Source: Chiloscyllium plagiosum
Taxonomy: Eukaryota
DNA: 41,421 bases
Reading direction: 5' to 3'
NCBI RefSeq assembly: GCF_004010195.1
Contig: NC_057755.1
Location: forward strand, 10,533,301-10,574,721
The position numbers and the translations under genes were made by a program. Positions 1-11,981 of the stretch are shown here, one piece after another (the first letter of the stretch is position 1; every line of letters starts with the position of its first letter). The notes below the pieces were generated by a model that saw only the letters and a program-made list of their open reading frames with translations, searched no databases and was not told the origin of the DNA.

Positions 1-1353
1 TACCGACCACAAGCTTTGGGATTGGTTGGGAATTTCACAACACGTCAGTGTATCCGCCCTTTTCATTCCCGTTCATTCTTTCAACAGCAGATGACCCAAT
101 TTACTGCAACGGGCTCTGGGGCTATAGCGGTAGTGTCACATATTCAGGGGGAAGATGTGATTTTTAACGTTATCAACCAATTCAACTGTGGCACCTCCAC
201 ATCCATTCATTCAACTGAAGAGGGCTCAATTTAGTGTAATGGGCTCTGAGGGTATAATATTTGTATCCCATGTTGAGAAGAAACCTCTCCCCATTCATTC
301 ACTAGAAGAGGGCCTATTTGCTGCAGAGGCTTTTTATGGCGCAGTGGTAGTGTCCCTATCTTCGAGCCCTGAAATCCCACTGCTATGAGGATGCGTAGTA
401 ACAAATGTTTTAGTCATAAGTCACATGACACCAGGTTATAGTCCAGCAGGTTTGTTTGGAGGGGATCTTACAGAAATATATTAAATTATGAAAGAAATAG
501 AAGTATGATGTTGCATTGGTAGGTGAGACTAAGATAAAAGCGCATGGCCTCAATCTATGGAATTCCTTGCCCAGGGAAGGATTTGACATTACTTCAGCAA
601 TCACTAGAAGCAGTAGATATGTTTTTGAAAAATAAAGGAATTAAGGGATATGGTGAAAATGCAGGTAAGTGCAGCATAGTCCACGAAAAGATTAGTCATG
701 CTCTTATTGAGTGGTGGATCAGACTCGAAGGGCCGGAAGGCCGACTCTTGCTCCTAGTTCTTATGCTCTTATGTTGAAATCACAAGCTTTTGGAGTGTAG
801 TCACTTCAGCAGATGAAGTCATGAAAAAACAAGTGCAGGAAAGAGAATTTAGATAAATGAAAGACAGAGCATCTCAACGGTCAATTACTTACTCCCATTC
901 CTATTGCTGATGATCTTACTACACAGCAAGTTGTGTTTTCCAAACATTAATTTTATTTCCATTGTTTAAAATCAAATATTTAAGATGAACAGTTTGTTTT
1001 TCCTCACTTGGACACACTGTGACCCATAACACTGTGAATATCATAAACCCGTTCATGAGATATCATAGGAACAACTCATAAACTAGATTTGTCACTGAGA
1101 TACTAGAAAGGAGAAAAATTCCCAACATGTGCAGGATGCTAACGAAAAGTTAGCAACCTGAAATGGTAACAGGAGCAAGTGAACAGTCCCAATCAGGAAC
1201 CTCATATTCTGACATCCACTACAGTACCTTGCTTTCCTTTTCAGTTTAATGATCCATAATTGAATCTGACTCCAACACACTCTCTGGCAGACAGTTCCAG
1301 AGGTCAAAGTATTTTCAATCATTAACGAAGTAAGATTTGGATCCATCCCAAAG

Positions 1354-3524
1354 ACATTGAACATAGAAAAATACAGCGCAGTACAGGTCCTTTGGCCCTC
1401 GATGTTGCGCCGATCCAAGCCCACCTAACCTACACTAGCCCACTATCCTCCATATGCCTATCCAATGCCCGTTTAAATGCCCATAAAGAGGGAGAGTCCA
1501 CCACTGCTACTGGCAGGGCATTCCATGAAGTCACGACTCGCTGAGTAAAGAGTCTACCCCTAACATCTGTCCTACACCTACCACCCCTTAATTTAAAGCC
1601 ATGCCCCCTCGTAATAGCTGACTCCATACGTGGAAAAAGGTTCTCATGGTCAACCCTATCTAAACCCCTAATCATCTTGTGCACCTCTATCAAATCACTC
1701 CTAAACCTTCTTTTCTCTAATGAAAACAGCCCCAAGTGCCTCAGCCTTTCGTCATACGAACTTCCTACCATACCAGGCAACATCCTGGTAAACCTCCTTT
1801 GTACCCGTTCCAGTGCCTCCACATACTTCCTATAGTATGGTGACCAAAACTGCACACAATACTCCAGATGCGGCCGCACCAGAGTCTTATACATCTGCAA
1901 CATGACCTCAGGACTCCGGAACTCAATTCCTCTACCAATAAAAGCCAGTACGCCATATGCCTTCTTCACAGCACTATTTACCTGGATGGCAACTTTCAGA
2001 GATCTGTGTACATGGACACCAAGATCCCTCTGCTCATCCACACTACCAAGTATCCAACCATTAGCCGTACCCCATCTTCTTGTTACTCTTACCAAAGTGA
2101 ATGACTTCACACTTACCTACATTGAACTCCATTTGCCACTTTTCTTCCCAGCTCTGCAGCTTATCGATATCCCGCTGTAACCTGCCACATCCTTCCTCAC
2201 TGTCAACAACTCCACCGACTTTCGTATCATCCGCAAACTTGCTCACCCAACCTTCTAGCCCCTCCTCCAGGTCATTTATAAAAATGACAAACAGCAATGG
2301 TCCCAAAACAGATCCTTGCGGAACACCGCTAGTAACTGCACTCCAAGATGAACCTTTTCCATCTACTACTACCCTCTGTCTTCTTCCAGCCAGCCAATTC
2401 CTAATCCAAACCTCCAACTCACCCTCAATGCCATACCTCCATATTTTTTGCAGTAGCCTAGCATGGGGCACCTTATCAAACGCCTTACTAAAATCCATAT
2501 ACACCACATCTACCGCTTTAGCCTCGCCCACCTCCTTATTCACCTGCTCAAAGAATTCAATAAGGTTTGTGAGGCACGACCTACCCTTCACAAAACCATG
2601 CTGACTATCCTTGATCACATTATTCCTATCCAGATGTTCATAAATCCTATCCCTTACAATTCTCTCTAAGATTTTTGCCCACAACAGAAGTGAGACTCGC
2701 CGGCCTATAGTTACTAGGGTTATCCCTACTCCCCTTCTTGAACAAGGGAACCACATTTGCTATCCTCCAGTCTTCTGGCACTATTCCTGTAGACACTGAG
2801 GACATAAAAATCAAGGCCAATGGCTCTGCAATCTCCTCCCTTGCTTCCCAGAAAATCCTAGGATAAATGCCATCAAGCCCAGGGGACTTATCTATTTTCA
2901 CCCGTTCCAGGATTTCCAACACCTCTTCCCTACATACCTCAAAGCCATCCGTTCTAATTAATTGTGGCTCAGTATTCACATCGGCAATAATGTCCTGTTC
3001 CTGAGTGAATACTGATGAAAAGTATTCATTCAGTGTCTTCCCCAATCTCTTCAGCCTCCACACGCAACTTCCCACTACTATCCTTGACTGGAACTATTCC
3101 TACTCTAGTCATTCTTTTATTCCTGACATACCTATAGAAAGCCTTTGGGTTTTCCCTAATCCTACCAACTAAGAACTTTTCATGTCCCCTCCTTGCTGCT
3201 TTTAGCTCTCTCTTCAGATCCTTCCTGGCTACCTTATAACTATCAATCGCCCCAATTGAACCTTCACACCTCATCTTTACATAGGCCGCCCTCTTCCCTT
3301 TAACAAGGGATTCCAATTCCTTATTAAACCACGGCTCCCTCACACGACCCTTTCCTCCCTGCCTGACAGGTACATACTTATCAAGGACACTCAATAGTCG
3401 CTCCTTGAACAAGCTCAACATATCAATTGTGCCCATGTCTTGAAGCCTACTTTTCCAAGCCACGCATCCTAAATCATGCCTCACCGCATCATAATTTCCC
3501 TGCCCCCAGCTATAACTCTTGCCC
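1354..3524 (-). mobile_element. CR1/HER1-type LINE, 5'-truncated, frameshifted ORF2 (reverse transcriptase) with 3' UTR and tail
   Basis: Overlapping minus ORFs (3026-3694, 2647-3075, 2061-2756, 1430-2110) give CR1 ORF2 motifs QHGFVKGRSCLTNL, YMDFSKAFDKVPH, GVPQGSVLGP, FADDTK, LEYCVQFWSP. The 3' end is a TTCTATG/TTCAATG tail at ~1354-1368. Confidence 0.95.
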
Positions 3525-3718
3525 GAAGGGCTTATGCCCGAAACGTCGATTCTCCTGTTCACTGGATGCTGCCTGACCTGCTGCGCTTCTCCAGCAACAC
3601 ATTTCCAGATGCTGTCAGGTGGGACGAGATTGTGTTGGGATATCTGGTCGGCATGGACGGGTTGGACTGAAGGGTCTGTTTCGGTGCTGTACATCTCTAT
3701 GACTCTATAACTCTATGG
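3525..3718 (+). mobile_element. Penelope pLTR fragment (3525-3602) followed by a CR1/HE1-type 3' end (~3610-3718)
   Basis: GAAGGGCTTATGCCCGAAACGTCGATTCTCCTG matches the other Penelope pLTR copies in the window. It is followed by GAAGGGTCTGTTTCGGTGCTGTA...CTCTATGACTCTA. Confidence 0.7.
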
Positions 3719-4186
3719 CAATCCCTTTATTGGTCCTTCTCCTTGGTGTACACGAGATGGACCAAAGGGTGTTTTCTTTGTTATGATGCTCAACCAATGT
3801 GAAGCAATGATTCCAAGCAAATACATATGCCTTTGTTTTCCAGTTGGGCATTGTCGGAACAGTCAGAGTATGGGAAAAGGTATATGCGAATCATGACTGA
3901 ATTGACAGTCACAAGGAATAAGCCATACTGATTTATCGTTGTTTTCTGAGCAGCAGTTTCACAAATTGCTTTTTTGCTATGGCCAGGAGGTGGAATGCTT
4001 TCTCACAAAAAATGAAACAAGATTCTCCGGACATTTCCATTTTTCTTTGCTTATTTCATCATCTGAACTTCTTTCTGTCATTGGCAAATTCACAGTCGAA
4101 GGTGGCACTCAGTGCCAACAGAGGTAGCAATAAAGTCCAGTAATTCAGATGATTACTAATACACTAACAGATCATGCTGCAGTCTA

Positions 4187-5500
4187 GATTCAGCAGAAAT
4201 GCTTGACAGTTGTGTAGGGCTCTTTGAGCTTGGTGTTGGCCCTATAACATTTTGACGCGTATGCTACTAGTGAGGTGTCTGAGATAATCACATAAACTCA
4301 CCGTGACCCATTGATGTTTTTGGAGAAATATAAGGAAAGAAATTCCAGACTGTTTCGGTGGAACTTGTTGTTACAGCCATTCAGTTTAAAAAATTGTGCA
4401 TGTGGCAGGACGAGAAAATATTACTGTCGATGCATTGTCAAGGCTTGAATGATAAACGGAGGCGTTCAGTAGCAGGAGTAAAACATACTGGAAAAGAATG
4501 TAGTAGTGCATGTTTGAATGGTTATAGTCAATGAAATGCATGTGGGTGTTGCAGTGTACGTTTTGATTAAGGGATTTTAAAATGAAGCCATCTCTGGATA
4601 TGATGGTTCATGTTTTTAGAGGGGGACGTGAGGTATGGTAATGCCCTTTATTTTTAAAGCATTCTTCCACTAAGTGACTGTGTGAGGCTGAGGTTTAAAG
4701 GATTTTAGGGCCAGTTGGATTGTAGCTGACAAATACTGCCTCAGGAAAAAGAATTTCAAGTTTGATAAAAACAGTTGTACAATGAAAGGAGAGTGGCCAA
4801 TTCTCCCAAATCAACTTTTCTGGTTTAGCCTGGTTTTAGCAGAGTTGTGAAGCTGCTGTATCTAAAGAAGCTGAACCATGCTGATCTAACCTCTCTCTGA
4901 CTGCTCTCCTGTAAGACCCTGTGTTTGACTTCACCTTGTTGTGCCAAGGAGTGTTTATGGGGATTGTTGCAAGTATTTGGAATAGCACAATTAAGATGCG
5001 ATAATCTGTTGGATTTTGGGATAGAATCATCCTAGAATAGAATCATCAAATCCCTACAGTGTGGACCTCATAAGCCCACACTAACCCTCTGTAGAGTAAC
5101 CCACCCAGACCATTCCCCTATTACTCGACATTTCACCTGACCAATGCACCTTTCCTGCTCACACCTGAACACCATGTGAAAATTAGCATGGCCAATTCAT
5201 CTAACCTGCACATCTTTGAATTGTGGGAGGAAACCAGGGACCCAGAGGAAACGCACACAGGCCCGGGAGAATGTGCAAATTCGACACAGACAATCATCCG
5301 AGGCTGGAAACGAACCCGGGTCTCTGGTGCAGTGAGACAGTAGTGCTAACCGTTAAGCACTCTGCCTCCCTATTCGACTTAGCTTACATTCTGCTCACTT
5401 GTGTTTGTGTTTCTTTTGGTAACCCTGCACATAAATCCTGTTTTATTGGGTGAGCTGCATCCGTCCTGAAATATGTAATGTCCATCTGCTTAAAACAACT
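4187..5500 (+). mobile_element. 3' end of a Gmr1-type Gypsy element: RNase H, polypurine tract, 3' LTR (interrupted by a SINE)
   Basis: Hand translation gives SLVLAL*HFDAYA...DPLMFLEKYKERNSRLFRWNLLLQPF / IVHVAGRENITVDALSRLE*. PPT AGAGGGGGA lies at 4618-4626. Segments 4700-5024 and 5400-5500 align by eye to the reverse complement of the LTR at 24830-25415. Confidence 0.8.
5021..5370 (-). mobile_element. HE1-type tRNA-derived SINE inserted in the LTR
   Basis: B-box GGTTCGTTTCC on minus, core GTGGGAGGAAACC...GGAGAATGTGCAAA, CR1-like tail; homologous to 35265-35591. Confidence 0.85.
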
Positions 5501-5502
5501 GG

Positions 5503-6148
5503 AAGAAAGTGAGGACTGCAGATGCTCTGAGATCAGAGTCGAGAATGTGATGCTGGAAAAGCAAAGTAGGTCAGGCAGCATCCGAAGAGCAGGAGAATTG
5601 ACGTTTTGGGCATAAGCCCTTCATCAGGCATGAGGCTTGTGGGTCGGGGCTGAGAGATAAATGGGAGGGTGGTGGTGTTGGGGGGAAGGTAGCTGGGAAA
5701 CCAATCGGTGGATAAAGGTGAGGGAGAATGTAACAGGTCTGAGGGGGTAGTGATGGCCGGTCCGGAGGGCAGTGCCGCGTTGGAGGCTTGAGGCTTGGAA
5801 AATGTTGGTGGAGGGAAAATGAGGAAACTGTTGAAATCCACATTGACCCCATGTGGTTGCAGGGTCTCGAGCCCGAATATGATGCGTTCCTCTTCCAGTC
5901 ATCGGGTGATCACGGTTTGGTTGTGGAGGAGGCCCAGGTCCTGCATGTCCTTGATGGAGCAGGAGACGGAGTTGAAGTGTTCAACGACGGGGTGGTGGGG
6001 TTGGTGGGAGCAGGTGTCCCAGCGATGTTCTCTGAAACGATCTGGAAGAAGGTGTCCAGTATCTCCAATGTAGAGGCGACATTGACCAATATCATCTACT
6101 GCATCTGTTGCACCCAATGTGGTCTCCTCGACATCGGGGAGACAGGAT
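5503..6148 (-). mobile_element. Penelope-like element 3' fragment (GIY-YIG endonuclease remnant plus pLTR) with a short inverted 5' piece
   Basis: Minus strand gives LYIGDTGHLLPDRFREH...PVVEHFNS. Plus strand 6078-6148 gives NIIYCICCTQCGLLDIGETG. pLTR with CTGATGA core at 5621-5627 (minus). Confidence 0.85.
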
Positions 6149-6159
6149 GATTTCATACA

Positions 6160-6497
6160 CGTTCCAGCTCATTCTATAGACTTACCACCCTCTGGGTGAA
6201 AAAGTCTCTTTTATATATTTCCCCCATCATCCTAAACCTATGCCCTCTAATTCTGGACTCTCCCACCCCAGGGTAAAGACTTTGTCTATTTACCCTATCC
6301 TTGCCCTTCATAGCTTTGTAAACCTCTATAAGGTCACCCCTCAGTCTCCGATGCTCCTGAAAACAGCCCCAGGCTGTTCAGCCTCTCCCTATAACTCAAA
6401 TCCTCCAACCCTGGCAACATCCTTGAAAATCTTGTCTGAACCCTTTCAAGTTTCATAATATCTTTCTAATCGGAAGGAGACCAGAATTGCACACAAT
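6160..6497 (-). mobile_element. CR1 LINE fragment (ORF2 C-terminus)
   Basis: Aligns by eye to the reverse complement of CR1 29500-29757 (AACCTCTATAAGGTCACCCCTCAG, CTGGCAACATCCTTG). Confidence 0.8.
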
Positions 6498-8287
6498 AAT
6501 GAAGGTGACCATTCGCTAGTACTCATGACATCCCACGCGATCAGTAGACATGACTGCACTGCTCTGATGTGAAGAGAATGATCTCATTTACATGAGATGT
6601 AGTAATATTCGCCCATTATTTTTGGTGCCCTGTGGAAACACCAGAGAAAACCGTGCTTGTCTAGTACTAGTGCCCAGCTACAGATATCTCGATGTAGTTC
6701 TCTGGTATCCTTTGTGAGTTGATACGTGATGGAATAAAGATATTCTGATCCGAGTGAACTGCTACATGTACATGAGGCATCACAGTGATTCTTTGATATG
6801 AGACTTTCCCAATGTTTACAGTAAAGCTTTGAGTGAATACCCACGGACAGACTCATTATTTTCACAGGAGCTGACTGTGCTCCTGCAGCACAAACCTGGC
6901 CTTAACCCGTGGATCGGAAGCGACCGGTTAAGGGTTGATGGTGCTCCTTTACTGATCCTTGAGTTTGTAAATTGTGGCATCGAGTATGAAGGTAAGGAAG
7001 TGACACATGTCGTTCTGTTAGTATATTTGTTTGTAGTCCAGTTTTCAATAGATGCACTCCTCATCTGTTCGACATGCCTTAGTTTCTGTACTTCAATATC
7101 GGTGCCCATAATTCCAAGGAACCTGGAAAAATCACCCTGGTTCAAGAGAAACGAGGGATAGTGGCAACGAATTGTGACCCAGCCAACAATGCCCACATCC
7201 CTTAAATGAGTATTAAAAATCATTGTCTAATGACTTGGACAGGTATTATTTCCTTCAGTAAACTTGCTCCTCCACAAGGTAACAAAATAAATTATTGTTA
7301 CTTTGTGTGCAAAAAAAACGACTCGTGAAAGGATTGGTATTTAAATGATGAGATGCACATTTCTTTTTTGTGGAGCTTAATTTACAACCTGTTCAGAGAG
7401 ATTATCACAACTTCTGGACCATGTGGAATTTGATCCTGCATTAGCGGTATACACTTGACCATTGTACACAGTGCTAAGTTATCGATATTTTTCTTCAACA
7501 AACCTGTTCAGAAATGTTATCCAGTCCACGTTCTGTCTTGTTTTCCTGCTCATCTGTAGCCTGACTCACCAAAAAAATCTAAGAATCTAACTCATAATCT
7601 TCTGTGTTGTAGTCACATTTATGAAATCCCAGAGCACCCACATACCACTGCCGGCACCAGCAACATTACAGACCTAATACACTGCCCCACAACTTTGACA
7701 GGCGATACTTCTTCAAGCCGGTCCAGATGGCACCTGCCCTACATGGATATACAATCCCAAGTTCCAGCATCTACAGGTTCTGCACAACACATTTATCACT
7801 CCCATCATTTTTCAATCTCCATGTCTGTACCCCACCATACCCACCGCCGCAACAACCTCACCCACCCTAACCCTTTAGCCAGCTACATATTCCAATTATT
7901 ACATTCCCCTATGATCTCATTCACTCAGTCGCCATCACAGACTCATCATGAACTCACTCAGACAAACTGCTGAAATCTTATGATTGAAAAATCAACCGAG
8001 GATGACGCGACAACCCAAATGGGAATTGTTGTCTCTCCTCTCTAATCAGTGATGCTTTGAGTGACGACAGGGATTTAAGATGAACTTTTAAATTCGGACA
8101 AATCTATGAATCAAGTTACCAGCCAGAAAAGAAAATAATTCTTGGCATAAGATTGAGCATAATGGAACTTGAACTATATTTTAATGATAATTACCAATGA
8201 CAGAAGATAAGGGGTCATCATAAATAAATTTATCAAGTGAAAGCATGATGTTGTATAGTCTGAGAGGCATCCATGACAGATTGGACA

Positions 8288-8516
8288 ACAGAGTTGAAGA
8301 GTATGGTGCTGAAAAAGCAGGTCAGGCAGCATCGGAGGAGCAGGGGAGGCGACGTTTTGAGAATAAGGTCTCAATCAGGAATGATTCCTGTTGAAAAGTT
8401 TATGCTCGAAACGTCTACTCTCCCGGTCCTCGGATGCTGCCTGACTTGCCCTGTATTTTACAGCACCCCACTCTATGAAGGTGATCTCCAGCATCTGCAG
8501 TCCTCACTTTCTCCTT
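8288..8516. mobile_element. Palindromic Penelope-pLTR-derived insert with 11-bp TSD (copy at 18910-19133)
   Basis: Inverted arms centred on TCAGGAATGATTCCTGT; flanked by CAGATTGGACA (8277) and CAGACTGGACA (8517). Confidence 0.8.
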
Positions 8517-8639
8517 CAGACTGGACAGTAGGATGAGTTACATTGAAGAATTGGGGTTCAAAATCTCGCTGTCACTTTCACTTAGATTGTCGACTGTGAT
8601 AATGTCTCAGAATGTGTTTAAAATTGTTCCAATTCTGGT

Positions 8640-9125
8640 GTTCAGTTCAAGGCCGGTTATTTAAGGAACGCTGTTGAATGATGCAAAGGAGATTTATCAA
8701 ACGATCCCAGGAATGAGGGATTTTCAATGACAGGAAAGACAAGAGAAATTGGGTGTATTCCGTTTGGAGCACGGAAGATTAAGACATGACCTTATTGAGG
8801 TGTTCAAAATGATGAACAAATTTGACAGGGTAAAGAATGATGCTCCATTTCGACCAGTTCTTATATCAGTAACTAAGGGTCACAACTTCCAATTTGTCAA
8901 AAACAAAGCAAAGAGTGAGATGAGGAGAAATCCCTTTACTCAGAAAGTTGGTACAGGTCAAAATATGCTGCCTAAGAGAATGGTGGAGTTAGAGGAGGTT
9001 TCAAAACAAAGCTGGATATATATTTGAAAGTGATGAAAGGGACTGAAATAGGGGTGGGGAATGAGACTAGGTGGATAGATATTACGAGAGTGGTTCAGAC
9101 ATGATGGGTCGAATGGCCTCCTTTG
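8640..9125 (+). mobile_element. Old CR1 3' fragment
   Basis: ORF 8749-9027 LEHGRLRHDLIEVFKMM...TKGHNF...FTQKV resembles the CR1 ORF2 C-terminus. Confidence 0.7.
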
Positions 9126-9301
9126 ATTGTATTGTTACATGCACTCAAATTTGCTTCAAGAATGTTAGAAATCAGCAATATTTCTATGGCATGATGTGTT
9201 GTTCCAGAAACCTGCCTATTTCAAATAACACAGAAGAATTTGATTCCTTTTACACATTTCAAATGATACTTAAATATTAAATATCGGAGCTGATAAGTCA
9301 C

Positions 9302-9922
9302 CTGATTTCCATCAGCCAGGCCTTGCTCTGAATGAGACAATGCAGTGAATGATGATGTTTCCCAGTCAGTCTGTTAAAGTGATCAACTTCACACTGAAGC
9401 TTATTGCTTAGTTCCAGCTGGATCAGTGAACTGTTTGACTAAAGAGCCGACACCAATGTTCGTATGAGGATCGAAAAGATCGTATGAGGAAAGGCTGAGG
9501 CACTTGGGGTTGCTTTCATTGGAGAAAAGAAGGTTTAGGGGTGACTTGATAGAGGTGTATAAGATGATTAGGGGTTTAGATAGGGTTGACAGTGAGAATC
9601 TTTTTCCACATATGGAGTCAGCTATTACAAGGGGGCATAGCTTTAAATTAAGGGGAGGTAGGTAAAGGACAGATGTTAGGGGTAGGTTCTTTACTCAGCG
9701 AGTCGTGAGTTCATGGAATGCCCTGCCAGTAGCAGTGGTGGACTTTCCCTCATTATGGGCATTTAAGCGGGCATTGGATAGGCATACGGAGGATAGTGGT
9801 CTAGTGAAGGTTAGGTGGGCTTGGATCGGCGCAATATCGAGTGCCGAAGGGCCTGTACTGCGCTGTATTCTTCTATGTTCTATGTTCCCAAATAATCATC
9901 TGTGGCACTGTTAGGCTTTAAG
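9302..9922 (-). pseudogene. NLR LRR exon (195 nt once the CR1 insert is removed), phase 2/2, with in-frame TAG
   Basis: AG acceptor 9924-9923 and GT donor 9301-9300. Translation: sLKPNSATDDYLGT[CR1]LVSAL*SNSSLIQLELSNKLQCEVDHFNRLTGKHHHSLHCLIQSKAWLMEIr, a ribonuclease-inhibitor-type LRR pattern. Phase matches the NACHT exon donor. TAG at 9441-9439. Confidence 0.8.
9462..9887 (+). mobile_element. Young 5'-truncated CR1 (426 bp) inserted in the LRR exon
   Basis: Close match to the reverse complement of 1360-1760. Ends TTCTATGTTCTATGTTC, flanked by ATGTTC, and absent at the paralogous site near 17785. Confidence 0.95.
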
Positions 9923-10689
9923 CTTCAGTGATCGAATATCAGAAAGCATAAAAACACCAACACAGTGTATCGAATTTAAACTGCCAGCAGTAAATCAGTT
10001 CCATGATATTAACATTTTCCAATTTCCATATTACATTCGTTCAAAGTAAATTGGAACTTGAGATTTGCTGGGCATTATTAATCGAGTAATATCACCAGTT
10101 ACATGTACGGTATATTATGCTTGTAAAGTTTGTTATTTCAAGAATATTTCTTACTCTAATTTTGTTATTAAACAATCCCCATTGGAACTTTGGATAATTG
10201 TTTCACCCATGGGTTTTCGAGTTGATTATCGTTAAGTCAAATGTAGATCAGGAAATCAATAATTAATAAATTGCAAGAAAGCATTTAATCAATACTTCTA
10301 AGTCAGTATATTTTCTCTGGGATGCATGTTGAATCGTGGACCAAAATGGCATCCCTTGAATTTTTTTCTTAACTTTTTGGTTTCCACCAAACAATCTGTA
10401 TATAGAGTGTCTGAGATATACTCAATTCATATCGTTCCCTGTAGGTGCAATGCATTCTCTTCCACAGGGTTTCATTCAATTCCCTGTGATCTGGTAGTGC
10501 GAACTGTCAAATAAAACTTTGTGTTCTAAGCTATTACTAAGGTGCGTTTATAATTTAAGTTTGAAATTTGAATATTTAAGAGTTCATGAAATTATGGAAA
10601 TAAGGAAACTTGGTAAGCCTGAAAGATTGCACCAAACGACACAGGCTGAATGGAGAGATATCCCCAGTTGGGGCTTATTAATGTCGAAG

Positions 10690-10888
10690 GTGAGGTGAAT
10701 TGGCCAAGCAAAATTTCCCGTAGTGTTTAGGGGTGTGTAGGTTAGGTGCTTTAGTCAGGGGAAATGTAGAGTAATAAGGTAGGGGAATGGGTCTGGGTGG
10801 GTTGCTCTTTGGAGGGTCGGTGTGAACTTGTTGGGCCAAATGGCCTGTTTCCACACTTTAGTAATTCTACGTTTCTATGATTCCATGA
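10690..10888 (+). mobile_element. HE1 SINE 3' half
   Basis: GGGAATGGGTCTGGGTGGG...TTGTTGGGCCAAATGGCCTGTTTCCACACT followed by a TTCTATGA-like tail. Confidence 0.8.
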
Positions 10889-10956
10889 AGCCGTTTTCGG
10901 TAAAGACATGGCATTTTGTAAGTGTGCAGATACAAACGGACTCCACCACAGATATC

Positions 10957-10981
<25 letters not shown>
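10957..10981. repeat. (TA)n microsatellite
   Basis: About 12 consecutive TA units. Confidence 0.9.
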
Positions 10982-10987
<6 letters not shown>

Positions 10988-11791
10988 CGACTCCTATGCA
11001 CTTTTGGTGAAGACCGTTCGCTCCGTGACCACCTGGTCAGGTCCACACTCCCCAACAACCCACACTCCTCTACTGGCACCTTCCCCAGCTACTGCAGGTA
11101 TTTCAAAACCTTCACACACATATCTCCCTCACCTCCTTCCAAATACCCAAAGCAGTTTGCATGTCCATCAGAGTTTTATCTGCACGTCCACACAGGTCAG
11201 TTACTGTATCCATTGCTCCTGATGTGGTCTCGACTACACTGAGGAGGCAGGACGCCGATTCACATAGTGCTTCAGTGAACATCTCAGTGATTCCTGCACA
11301 AACCAACCCAACTGCCCTATGGCTGAAAACTTCAACTCTCCATCACATTCTGCTGAGGACGTACGGTTCCAGGGCCTCCTCCATCCTCACCCCCTTACCA
11401 TCCGCCGCCTGGAGGAAGAACGCCTCCTCTTCCACCTCAGGACCCTACAACCCCGTGCATCAATACGTATTTCACCAGTTTCTTCATTTCCCTCTCCTGA
11501 CCTTACCCCAGTTCCAACCTTCCAGTTCAGCACCACCCCCATGACCTGTCCCATCTGTCCATCTTCCTTCCCACCTATATGCACAATCTCTCCATCCGAC
11601 CTATCACCATTACCTCCACATCCACTCACTATTGCACTCTCAGCTACCTTTCCCCGAAGCCCCACACGGCTCCCATTTATCTCTCCACCCCCAAGGCTCC
11701 CAAACTCACTCCTGATGAAGAGCTTTTGCTTGAAAAGTCGATTTTCATGCTCCTTGGAAGCTTCCTGAACTGCTGTGCTTATTGAGCACCA
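10982..11791 (+). mobile_element. Penelope-like element 3' fragment (GIY-YIG remnant plus pLTR)
   Basis: SLRDHLVRS...GTFPSYCRYFKT, FICTSTQVSYCIHCS, MAENFNSPSHSAED, RRLEEERLLFHLRTLQP; pLTR CCTGATGAAGAGCTTTTGCTTGAAAAGTC at 11711. Confidence 0.85.
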
Positions 11792-11981
11792 GGCTGTTCG
11801 ATCGAGAAATATCTATAGCTTTACACTTTGTAATAAGAAGCTGTTATGTCACTAACTGATATTAGTTCTAATGAAAGAGCAAATTCCAGAAACAATAACT
11901 TTGTCACTCCCCAGACAACCATCCTCATCACTTGTCCTACTGCTTTGCATTTCTCTGTTAATAATGCCACGTATGAATTAC

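Larger units (their letters stand above)
7141..10578. repeat. Segmental duplication arm 1 (inverted copy at 17072-20282)
   Basis: Continuous reverse-complement match. Paired ORFs 7695-7973/19448-19726 and 10326-10514/17136-17342 are nearly identical. Confidence 0.95.

Noticed and set aside
2101..2604. 167-aa plus-strand ORF
   Set aside because: Antisense shadow of the CR1 reverse transcriptase.
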